32,000 nt of DNA, taken from NCBI RefSeq assembly GCF_900289195.1, contig NZ_OMOH01000007.1, positions 1-32,000 of the forward strand, in the 5' to 3' direction. Both the position numbers and the translations under genes were made by a program. Source of the DNA: Propionibacterium ruminifibrarum. GTDB taxonomy: Bacteria; Actinomycetota; Actinomycetes; Propionibacteriales; Propionibacteriaceae. Shown in pieces: positions 23,879 to 31,286 of this stretch. Each line of letters begins with the position of its first letter. The first letter of the stretch is position 1. The notes under the pieces were generated by a model that was given only the letters and a program-made list of their open reading frames with translations, had not been told where the DNA came from and searched no databases.

Positions 23879-23919
23879 GACCGGTCGGGTGCGGATACCC
23901 GTTCCGCACCCGACCGGTC
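23879..23919. terminator. Strong bidirectional rho-independent terminator
   Basis: Perfect 17-bp stem GACCGGTCGGGTGCGGA / TCCGCACCCGACCGGTC with a 7-nt loop. It is flanked by AAAA on the plus strand, which gives a U-tract for the minus-strand beta-helix gene ending at 23928. Confidence 0.8.
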
Positions 23920-23927
23920 ATCTCTCG

Positions 23928-26381
23928 TTATGACTGCTTGCGTTTGCGCAGCGTCTGGGCGCCGGCACAGGCGGCGATCAATGCCACGGCCCCGAGCAGC
24001 CCGGCGAAAGCATCCTCACCGGTCCGCGGCATCTTGGCCGGTCTCGTCTTGGACGGCGTTTCCGGCGTCGGAGTGCCTGTCTCAGCGGGCGCCGTCGGGG
24101 TCACATCGGGCGTCGGCGTCACATCGGGGGCAGGTTCCGGTGTCGGGGTCGGCTCGGGTGTCACCTCGATGGCCTCGTTCACGACGACGACGGAGATCAC
24201 CCGGGTGTCCGGGTCGTACTCGCGCCGGTAATCGGCAGACCAGCCCTCGGGCGCGTCCTCCTCGATGTAGGCACCCGAGTCCAGCGGCAGGCCCTCGAAG
24301 GTGTGGGTCCACTCGTTCGACTCGTCGAGTACGACGCTCTCCACGCGGTAGCCGTCGATGGTCAGCCAGACCGTGATGCTCTCGGGGGCGCTGAGCCCCG
24401 TCTGGCCAGGGTTCCACTGCTTGGTCACGGTGAGGCTCTCGGTGTACTCGTGCTCGTTGCCGAGCACGACCTTGCCGTTCGAGCCGATGCCGCCGCCACG
24501 GGTGGACGAGTTGTTCCGCACGATCACCTTGGCGAGCCCGGAGCTGAGCTGGACGGCCTGATCGCTCGGCGTGGCCTTGAGCTGATAAGAAGCCGGGTCG
24601 TCGACGATTCCCGACACCGCCGTCTGGTCTGCCGTGCCGGCGGAGTAGCGGGGCACGTCCGGGTCGGGGACGCCGAGCTGGTCATCGGTTGACTCGATGG
24701 CCGCGCCGTCGCGGTGCCAGTCGGCCAGGCCGCCGCCCAGCATGCGGTCGGCGATGGTCGCCGTCGTCGGTTCCTCGTTGTCGGGGAAGCGCACGATCGA
24801 GACGTCATCGCCGGCGCCCTGCGCGCTGTTGCCGTAGAGCGCGGTGCCGCTGTTCACGTTGATGCTGGCCTCGCCGGTCGGGCAGAACCACACGCCGCCG
24901 CCGAGCACGGACGCCTCGTTGTCGGTGATGAGGGAGTCATTGATGTACAGGGAGTACGGGACCGAGCCGACGTAGAGACCACCGCCCTGCTTGCTGGCAG
25001 TGTTGTTCTCGATGACTCCGGCGTTGATGCGCACCTCGCTGGAGGCCGAGTAGACGCCGCCGCCGCAGCCCCTGTCGCCGTCCTCAGTCTGCCCGGCCTG
25101 GGCGCTGTTGCCCGAGATCGTGCCGCCGTTCATGGTGAACGAGGCGGGGAAGAAGTTGGGCCACTGGGCGAACCCGTCCTCGTAGGGGGTCTTGCCGAAG
25201 TAGTTGACGTAGGTGTCGTAGGTGGCGACGCCCCCGCCCATGCCGGTGGCGGTATTGCCCGTGATGGTGCCGTCGTTCATGACGAAGTCGCTGCCGCTCT
25301 CGACGTAGACGCCGCCGCCTGCGCCGTCGGAAACCTCACCGTTCGCCATGACCAGGCCGGTCCCCTGGCAGTTGGAGATCTCGCCGCCGTTCATCGTGAA
25401 GTGCGCCTTCGACCACCAGTCGCTGACCTGGGCTGAGCCGCCGTAGAGGTAGACGCCGCCGCCGCGCGGAGCGGAGCAGTTGGTGATCGTGCCGCCGTTC
25501 ATCGTGAAGGTGGACTCGACGGCGTTGTCGGGGGTGGCGCCCGTCCGGTTGAGCGCCAGCACGAGCACGCCACCGGAGGTCTGGATCTGGTTCCCGGCGT
25601 TTCCGTTGGAGATCTCGCCGCCCTCCATGGTGAAGGTCGCTCCGTCGACCACGACCGACCCGGCGAGCTGGTTGTCGATCGTCGTGTTGGTGATGGTGCC
25701 GCCGCTCATCGTGGCGGTCGCGCCGTTGCGGACGTAGACGGCCGCGCCGCGGTCACGGTCGATGGTGGTGTCGGTGATGAGGCCGCTGGCCATGGCGAAC
25801 GTGGCATCGCTGCCCGTGACGATCACGGCCCCCACATTGTCGTCGTTGAAGTTCTGCCGCGAGGCCAGCAGATTGCGCAGGGTGGCGCCGTCCAGGATGA
25901 AGGAGCCCTCGGTGACGACGAAGCTGTTGTTCCTGCCCTGGCCGTCCAGGGTCACGTCACCACTGAGGGTGAGGGTCCCGCCGGCCTCCACCTGGAAGAA
26001 GGGCTTGGCGTTGCTCGTAACGGTCGGCGACGCGCCATCGTCACCCGTGATGGTGATGACCTTGCCGGCGGGAATGGTCACGGTGCCGTTGAGGGCGATG
26101 TCGCCGGTGAGTTTGATCGTCGTCACGTCACCGTCGGTGGCGTCCGCTATGGCCTGCCGCAGGGCGGCCTCATCGCCCACCGTGACCGTCACGGCGTCGA
26201 AGAGCGCCGTCCGCGGCCGGGGAGTCGACGCGTCCTGCCCGGGGGCGTCGGCAGCCGTCCCCTGTTGGAGCACCTGTGCTGGCACCGGGGTGTTCTGCGC
26301 GGTCGCTGTCGTCGCCCCTCCCGGTGCCACGACGCTGAACGCGAGGACCGCGCCCAGCAGATAACAAAGCCTTCTTCTCAT
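23928..26381 (-). CDS. Cell-wall-anchored right-handed beta-helix surface protein (Pmp-type GGxxY / FxxN repeats) with CnaB-type domain and Pro/Thr stalk
   Basis: - Signal peptide MRRRLCYLLGAVLAFSVVAPGGATTATAQ.
- Repeated GGGVY/GGAVYV ... F(T/V)MNGGTI(S/T)N motifs.
- CnaB-like LTVTKQWN...ITVWLTIDG...NEWTHTFEGLP.
- TPEPTPTPEPAPDVTPTPDVTPT stalk.
- C-terminal sorting-signal-like MPRTG, then a hydrophobic helix and RKRKQS tail. Confidence 0.9.
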   Translation of the reverse strand: MRRRLCYLLGAVLAFSVVAPGGATTATAQNTPVPAQVLQQGTAADAPGQDASTPRPRTALFDAVTVTVGDEAALRQAIADATDGDVTTIKLTGDIALNGTVTIPAGKVITITGDDGASPTVTSNAKPFFQVEAGGTLTLSGDVTLDGQGRNNSFVVTEGSFILDGATLRNLLASRQNFNDDNVGAVIVTGSDATFAMASGLITDTTIDRDRGAAVYVRNGATATMSGGTITNTTIDNQLAGSVVVDGATFTMEGGEISNGNAGNQIQTSGGVLVLALNRTGATPDNAVESTFTMNGGTITNCSAPRGGGVYLYGGSAQVSDWWSKAHFTMNGGEISNCQGTGLVMANGEVSDGAGGGVYVESGSDFVMNDGTITGNTATGMGGGVATYDTYVNYFGKTPYEDGFAQWPNFFPASFTMNGGTISGNSAQAGQTEDGDRGCGGGVYSASSEVRINAGVIENNTASKQGGGLYVGSVPYSLYINDSLITDNEASVLGGGVWFCPTGEASINVNSGTALYGNSAQGAGDDVSIVRFPDNEEPTTATIADRMLGGGLADWHRDGAAIESTDDQLGVPDPDVPRYSAGTADQTAVSGIVDDPASYQLKATPSDQAVQLSSGLAKVIVRNNSSTRGGGIGSNGKVVLGNEHEYTESLTVTKQWNPGQTGLSAPESITVWLTIDGYRVESVVLDESNEWTHTFEGLPLDSGAYIEEDAPEGWSADYRREYDPDTRVISVVVVNEAIEVTPEPTPTPEPAPDVTPTPDVTPTAPAETGTPTPETPSKTRPAKMPRTGEDAFAGLLGAVALIAACAGAQTLRKRKQS

Positions 26382-26468
26382 GGATGCAGCCCTTCCTGGT
26401 CTGCTTCGTGTCTCCGGAACTCTTCAGGGGGCGGCAAGGGTGTGGATGTATTGAAAGAAACCGTGACG

Positions 26469-26497
26469 ATCATAACCGCTCGTGAACGAAAGTGAAA
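26469..26497 (-). promoter_or_regulatory. Candidate promoter of the beta-helix surface protein gene
   Basis: On the minus strand, TTTCAC (-35-like), 17 nt, then TATGAT (-10-like). It sits in a locally A/T-rich patch about 90 nt upstream of ATG 26381. Confidence 0.3.
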
Positions 26498-26587
26498 TCA
26501 CGTTGGCTCCGCGGCGTGGCGCCGGGTCCGTGGCGAGTCATCCCCGGCTTCGCCAAGGACTACGAGGACACGTTGGCCCCGCTGTGG

Positions 26588-27325
26588 CTACAGGTAGGAG
26601 CGGGGCGGGCGGGAGACGTCGATGACGGCGTCCGGGCTGTCAGCCAGGATGCGCCGGTGCAGCTCGGGCGCGCGGTGGGGCTCCAGGGACAGGACGCTGA
26701 TGTCGTGGGTGGTGATGGCCGTCACCTGGTTGAAGGCGAGCTCGCCGAAGAGGGTGTCAGTGGTGCGGGCCTCGGTGTCGGGGACCACGAACAGCCCGGT
26801 CAGCTCGGCGGGCGCGCCGGGGCAGACCGGGGAGCCGCTTCCCGCCAGGGAGTAGCCAGGGGTCAGCGGCCGGGCAGTGGTGTCCGTGTACCGGGCGAGA
26901 CTCGCCAGGGTGTCGAGGGCCCACATGCACCGGGCGGTGTCCGTCTCGGCCGGCTTCATCGTCAGCTCGTAGCCCCAGCCGCTGTGGTCCCCGCCCAGGG
27001 CGTCGACGTCGGCGGCCAGGGTGCTCAGCCCGTAGGTGACGATGTGACGGTAACCCTTGGGTGAGGTGTACAGGGACAGGCCCTCCAGGACCTGGTCGCC
27101 GCCGAAGCGCACACGATCGGGGGCGAGCGTGGCGAAGTGCTCCGGTTCCTGGCCCGGGTAGAGACGGGCCAGCTCGGCGTCGATGGCGTCCCAGCCGGGC
27201 GTCCAGTCGCGGTGGCTCTCGGCGTAGGCCAGGAACTCCTCCCGCTTCATCCCGGGTGCCGGGGATGTCTGCGCCGGTCGGGAAGCCGGCCGGGAGGGGT
27301 GCTGGGAGCCCGGGGTGTTCGTCAT
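26588..27325 (-). CDS. Suppressor-of-fused (SUFU)-like domain protein
   Basis: ...TPGWDAIDAELARLYPGQEPEHFATL...GGDQVLEGLSLYTS..GYRHIVTYGLS......SGWGYELTMK...WALDTLASLARY matches the bacterial SUFU-family pattern as I remember it. I chose ATG 27325. The 578-aa track ORF extends upstream as a spurious read-through. Confidence 0.75.
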   Translation of the reverse strand: MTNTPGSQHPSRPASRPAQTSPAPGMKREEFLAYAESHRDWTPGWDAIDAELARLYPGQEPEHFATLAPDRVRFGGDQVLEGLSLYTSPKGYRHIVTYGLSTLAADVDALGGDHSGWGYELTMKPAETDTARCMWALDTLASLARYTDTTARPLTPGYSLAGSGSPVCPGAPAELTGLFVVPDTEARTTDTLFGELAFNQVTAITTHDISVLSLEPHRAPELHRRILADSPDAVIDVSRPPRSYL

Positions 27326-27510
27326 GGTCGCAACATAGCGCCAACTGACGCAATGAATCCCGTCCAAGTCACGCAGCCGGGTAGGCCAGTGGCGGAAACA
27401 TGCGGGTTTCGGAAGCTGGAGGAACGAGCTGTGCGCTACCTGCCACGACTCGCAGATGACCTGCTTGGCGGGTCGCCAGCCATGGTTGCGGTGAGACGGC
27501 AGAGCGCCGT

Positions 27511-28254
27511 TCAGGCGCCGAATCGGGAGACGTCGGCCCGCACCCTGGCGGGCTCGTCGTCCAGCGGGACGAGGACCTCGTCGAGGACGCCGCGGCCGGT
27601 CTCGGTGTCGGGCTGGGCGGCGGCGAAGAGCTCCTCGAAGTCGGTGACCGGCTCGCCCTGCTGGGAGAAGACCTCCACGGTGCGGTGCTCGCCGGACGGG
27701 TTGAGGGCGCCCTCGATGAGCAGCTGGGCGATGTGGTGGCGGTCGACGCCGGGCCGGCCGCCGATGCGGTCGCCCTGCTTGAGGTCGATCCGGGTGTCCG
27801 CGGGCCCCTGGTAGTCGAACCAGCCGGGCCGGACGATCGTGTAGGGATGCCCGGAGACGCGCACGAGTCGCTCGGCGCGGCGCTTCCAGTCCCAGGACTC
27901 GCCCGACGGGTGGGAGATGTACATGGAGGTCATGAGACTGATGTGAACCTCCTGCCGGCCGGCGAGCGCCTCCAGCAGCGCGGGGAGGACGGCGTAGTAG
28001 TTGTTCTCCAGGTCGGCGTCCCCGCCGTGGGTGAGGATGACGACGTCGACGCCGTCCAGGACCGCGGCCAGAGAGGCGGCTTCGGTGGGGGAGGCCTCGA
28101 CGACCTCGGCCCCGACGGGCAGGGAGCGGGCGGCCCGGGTCGCGTTGCGGGACTGGGCGCGCACGCTCAACCCGCGGGCCAGGGCCTCCTCGACGACGAC
28201 GCGGCCCACCTGGCCGGTGGCGCCGATGACGAGGATCGTGCGGGATGCGGACAT
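27511..28254 (-). CDS. NAD(P)H-binding protein (atypical SDR)
   Basis: MSASRTILVIGATGQVGRVVVEEALARGLSV carries the Rossmann GxxGxxG motif. The ORF is 247 aa. Confidence 0.9.
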   Translation of the reverse strand: MSASRTILVIGATGQVGRVVVEEALARGLSVRAQSRNATRAARSLPVGAEVVEASPTEAASLAAVLDGVDVVILTHGGDADLENNYYAVLPALLEALAGRQEVHISLMTSMYISHPSGESWDWKRRAERLVRVSGHPYTIVRPGWFDYQGPADTRIDLKQGDRIGGRPGVDRHHIAQLLIEGALNPSGEHRTVEVFSQQGEPVTDFEELFAAAQPDTETGRGVLDEVLVPLDDEPARVRADVSRFGA

Positions 28255-28438
28255 GCTGGTGTTCCTTCCATGGAATCGTTTGCTCTGTGATTGTCTGGGC
28301 TGCCGGGGTGGTCGGGGCGGTCACGTCGAAGTGGTGAGAAGCCCCTGCGCCCGAGCCGGCAGCCCATGACCGTCGCGAACACGGCGCTGCCCGCCGTCAG
28401 GGCGAACCCCCTGCGCGTCAGCCTCATCCCGCCGGTGC

Positions 28439-29326
28439 TCAGTACAGTGAGCCGCCGCCGATCTGCTGCTTGACCATGTCGCGCAGCAGCCAGCCGACGA
28501 CCTTCGGGTCGTAGTGGTCGAAGATGCGCGGCAGCGTGCCGTCGTCCAGGGCGGAGAAGGTCGCCAGGTCCTCCTCGGTGAGTTCGAAGTCGAAGACGTC
28601 GAAGTTCTCCGCCATGCGCTCACGGTGGGTGGACTTCGGGATGACCACGACGTCCTTCTGGATCAGCGCCCGCAGGATCACCTGCCCGGGCTTCTTGCCG
28701 TACTTGGCGCCGATCTCGGCGAGTACCGGGTTGGCGAAGATGTTGTTCTGGCCCTCGGCGAAGGGCGCCCAGGCCTCGTGCACGACACCCAGTTCGGCCA
28801 TGACCGCGTGGGCGGCGTCCTGCTGGCGGAAGGGGTGGGTCTCGATCTGGTTGACTGCCGGCGGGATCTCGGCCAGCGCGGCGACGTCCACCAGGCGCTC
28901 GGGGTAGAAGTTGGACACGCCGATGGCGCGCAGCTTGCCGGCCTTGTAGGCGTCCTCCATGGCCCGGTAGGCGCCCGGGTAGTCACCCATCGCCTGGTGC
29001 AGCAGCATGAGATCGATGTGGTCGGTGCCGAGCTTGGCCAGCGACTCGTCGATGGAGGCGGCGGCGCGCTCGTAGTTCATGTTGGACACCCAGATCTTGG
29101 AGGTGATGAACACCTCGTCACGCGGCAGGCCGCTCTTCGCGACGGCGGCCCCCACGCCCTCCTCGTTGGCGTAGGCCTGGGCGGTGTCGATGAGCCGGTA
29201 GCCGACCTCGAGGGCCTCGCGCACGCAGCGCTCGGTCTCATCGGGCGGGGTCTGGAAGACGCCGTAGCCGAGGACGGGCATCTCGACGCCGTTGTTGAGG
29301 GTCGTGGTGGGAACGGTGGTGGTCAC
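28439..29326 (-). CDS. Aldo/keto reductase (DkgA/2,5-diketo-D-gluconate reductase-like)
   Basis: LNNGVEMPVLGYGVFQ...GYRLIDTAQAYANEEGVG...FITSKIW...LMLLHQ are classic AKR active-site context. Confidence 0.95.
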   Translation of the reverse strand: MTTTVPTTTLNNGVEMPVLGYGVFQTPPDETERCVREALEVGYRLIDTAQAYANEEGVGAAVAKSGLPRDEVFITSKIWVSNMNYERAAASIDESLAKLGTDHIDLMLLHQAMGDYPGAYRAMEDAYKAGKLRAIGVSNFYPERLVDVAALAEIPPAVNQIETHPFRQQDAAHAVMAELGVVHEAWAPFAEGQNNIFANPVLAEIGAKYGKKPGQVILRALIQKDVVVIPKSTHRERMAENFDVFDFELTEEDLATFSALDDGTLPRIFDHYDPKVVGWLLRDMVKQQIGGGSLY

Positions 29327-29378
29327 AGGGACTCCTTCCTGGTGGTGATCTTCGTGACGGATCCGGCTGATTCTGCGC

Positions 29379-30248
29379 TCAGGCCTGCTGGGAGTAGTCC
29401 ATGACGGTCGTCGTGAAGGCGGGCGGCTCGTCCGGAATCACGTAGTAGGGCTGCTGCGGGATCTGGTTGATCGCTGCGATCTCGTCGGGCGTCAGCTCCA
29501 CGTCGAGGACGGCGAGGTTGTCGGCCATGTGGGCGCGGCTGAGGGTCTTGGGGAAGGTGACGTTCTTCTCCGCGAGGTGCCAGGCGAGGATCACCTGGGC
29601 CGGGGTGGCGCCGGTGCGTCGCGCGGCGGCGGTGATGGCCGGCTCGTCGAGCAGTGTCTTGTCGCCGTGGCCGAGCGGGTACCAGGCCTCGACGAGCACC
29701 TCGGTGCCGGCCGCCTGCTCCATCTCGGCCTTCAGCTCGTGCTGGTTCCAGCGGGGGTGGGCCTCCACCTGGTTGACTGCCGGGATGATCTCGGCGACGT
29801 CGAGGATCTCCTGGAACTTCGCGATCGGGAAGTTCGACAGGCCGATCGAGCGGACCTTGCCCGCTGCCACGGCTTCCTCCATGGCCTTCCAGCCGGCCAC
29901 GTACTCGCCGTAGGGCTGGTGGAAGAGCAGCAGGTCCACGTAGTCCAGGCCGAGCCGCTCCAGGGTGGCGTCGATGTCCTTGCCGCACTGCGCGTAGGGA
30001 TAGCTCTGGGGGAAGAGCTTGGTGGTGATGAACAGGTCCTCGCGCGTCACGGCGCCGGCGGCGATGGCGTCGCGCACCACCTCGCCGACGGCGACCTCGT
30101 TGAAATAGGCGTTGGCGGTGTCGATGTGCCGGTAGCCCAGTTCGAGGGCCTGCGGCAGGTGCTCTGTGACCTCGGCGGAGGTCATCTGGAAGACGCCGTA
30201 GCCGAGAGCGGGGATCTGGTGGCCGTCGTTCATCGTGAAGCTCTGCAT
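29379..30248 (-). CDS. Aldo/keto reductase (DkgA-like), paralog of the downstream gene
   Basis: MNDGHQIPALGYGVFQ...GYRHIDTANAYFNEVAVG...FITTKLF...LLLFHQP. Confidence 0.95.
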   Translation of the reverse strand: MQSFTMNDGHQIPALGYGVFQMTSAEVTEHLPQALELGYRHIDTANAYFNEVAVGEVVRDAIAAGAVTREDLFITTKLFPQSYPYAQCGKDIDATLERLGLDYVDLLLFHQPYGEYVAGWKAMEEAVAAGKVRSIGLSNFPIAKFQEILDVAEIIPAVNQVEAHPRWNQHELKAEMEQAAGTEVLVEAWYPLGHGDKTLLDEPAITAAARRTGATPAQVILAWHLAEKNVTFPKTLSRAHMADNLAVLDVELTPDEIAAINQIPQQPYYVIPDEPPAFTTTVMDYSQQA

Positions 30249-30305
30249 CGGGTGCTCCTGTGCTCGATGGTTTTCTCACCTTCAGTCTTCACCCCGGCGC
30301 GCCCC

Positions 30306-30351
30306 GTGTGAAATGCTTTTCACACCAGCGCTTATGCTTCGAATGCATAAG
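30306..30351. promoter_or_regulatory. Two palindromic candidate operator sites in the AKR / LysR divergent region
   Basis: GTGTGAAA-TGCT-TTTCACAC (30306-30325) has perfect 8-bp arms. CTTATGC-TTCGAAT-GCATAAG (30331-30351) has perfect 7-bp arms and contains ATGC-N7-GCAT / T-N11-A. Confidence 0.45.
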
Positions 30352-30379
30352 TAGGGTGAGTCTGACGGGAAGGTGGGGC

Positions 30380-31222
30380 ATGGAGCTGGAGCAGTTGCGT
30401 CAACTCGACGCCATCGCCCGCGAGGGCACCATGAGCGCGGCGGCGGTGGCCGTCCACATCTCCCAGCCGGCTCTGAGCAGGTCGATCGCCCGCCTCGAGG
30501 CCGAGCTCGGCCAGCCCCTGTTCGACCGGGTCGGCCGACGTCTCGAACTCAACGAGGCCGGGCAGGTCGCGCTCGACCACGCCCGGCAGATCCTGCGCGA
30601 CGAACGACTCATGCGCGACGCCCTCGATGCCCTGGCCCGCCGCACCAGGGCGCTGCGCGTCGGCACGGTCGCCCCCGCGCCGCTGTGGCGCCTGACAGCC
30701 CTCATCGTGGAACGCTTCCCGCAGACGGTGCTCACCTCGAAGATGATCTCCGAGGCCCAGGTCGAGGCGGGCATCCTCGACGGGACGCTCGACCTGGGGA
30801 TCGCCCTGCGCCCGCACACACTGCCCGGCGTGCGCTCCCGCCAGCTCATGGTCGAGAACCTGTCGGTCTCGCTGCCGCAGCAGCACCGTCTTGCCGACCG
30901 CGGGGACCTCACCGCCGCGGACCTCGACGGCGAGAGCTTCCTTCTGCTGGGCGCCATCGGTTTCTGGCGCGAGATGTGCGACCGGGCCTTCCCGCACTCG
31001 GAATTCATCATCCAGGAGGACCGGGACGTCTTCGAGCAGCTGACCCTGAGCACCGAGATGGCCTACTTCGTCACCGACGCCCCCTCGCTCTCGGCGCCAC
31101 GACAGGGCCGCGTCGTGGTGCCGATCCGCGACGCCATGGCGCACGCCACCTTCTACCTGCTGGCGCTGGCCGACGGGCGCCGGGAGGCCACCGACGTGTT
31201 CGACTGGGTCAGCCGCCAGTAG
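30380..31222 (+). CDS. LysR family transcriptional regulator
   Basis: MELEQLRQLDAIAREGTMSAAAVAVHISQPALSRSIARLEAELGQPLFDR is a LysR HTH. ATG 30380 follows GGAAGGTGGGG. The track ORF opens at 30260. Confidence 0.9.
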   Translation: MELEQLRQLDAIAREGTMSAAAVAVHISQPALSRSIARLEAELGQPLFDRVGRRLELNEAGQVALDHARQILRDERLMRDALDALARRTRALRVGTVAPAPLWRLTALIVERFPQTVLTSKMISEAQVEAGILDGTLDLGIALRPHTLPGVRSRQLMVENLSVSLPQQHRLADRGDLTAADLDGESFLLLGAIGFWREMCDRAFPHSEFIIQEDRDVFEQLTLSTEMAYFVTDAPSLSAPRQGRVVVPIRDAMAHATFYLLALADGRREATDVFDWVSRQ

Positions 31223-31237
31223 CCGGGCAGGCGCCCA

Positions 31238-31264
31238 GCCCCATCGGGGCCGGCCCGATGGGGC
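31238..31264. terminator. Bidirectional hairpin between convergent LysR and MATE genes
   Basis: Perfect 11-bp stem GCCCCATCGGG / CCCGATGGGGC with a 5-nt loop. Confidence 0.6.
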
Positions 31265-31286
31265 GAGACCCGTCACCGACCAACGA

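Noticed and set aside
26588-28324. 578-aa minus-strand ORF spanning the SUFU-like gene and the NAD(P)H-binding gene region
   Set aside because: Only the last 245 codons (from ATG 27325) look like a protein. The upstream part is Arg/Pro/Gly-rich and runs out of frame across the well-supported 27511-28254 gene, so it is a typical high-GC shadow ORF.
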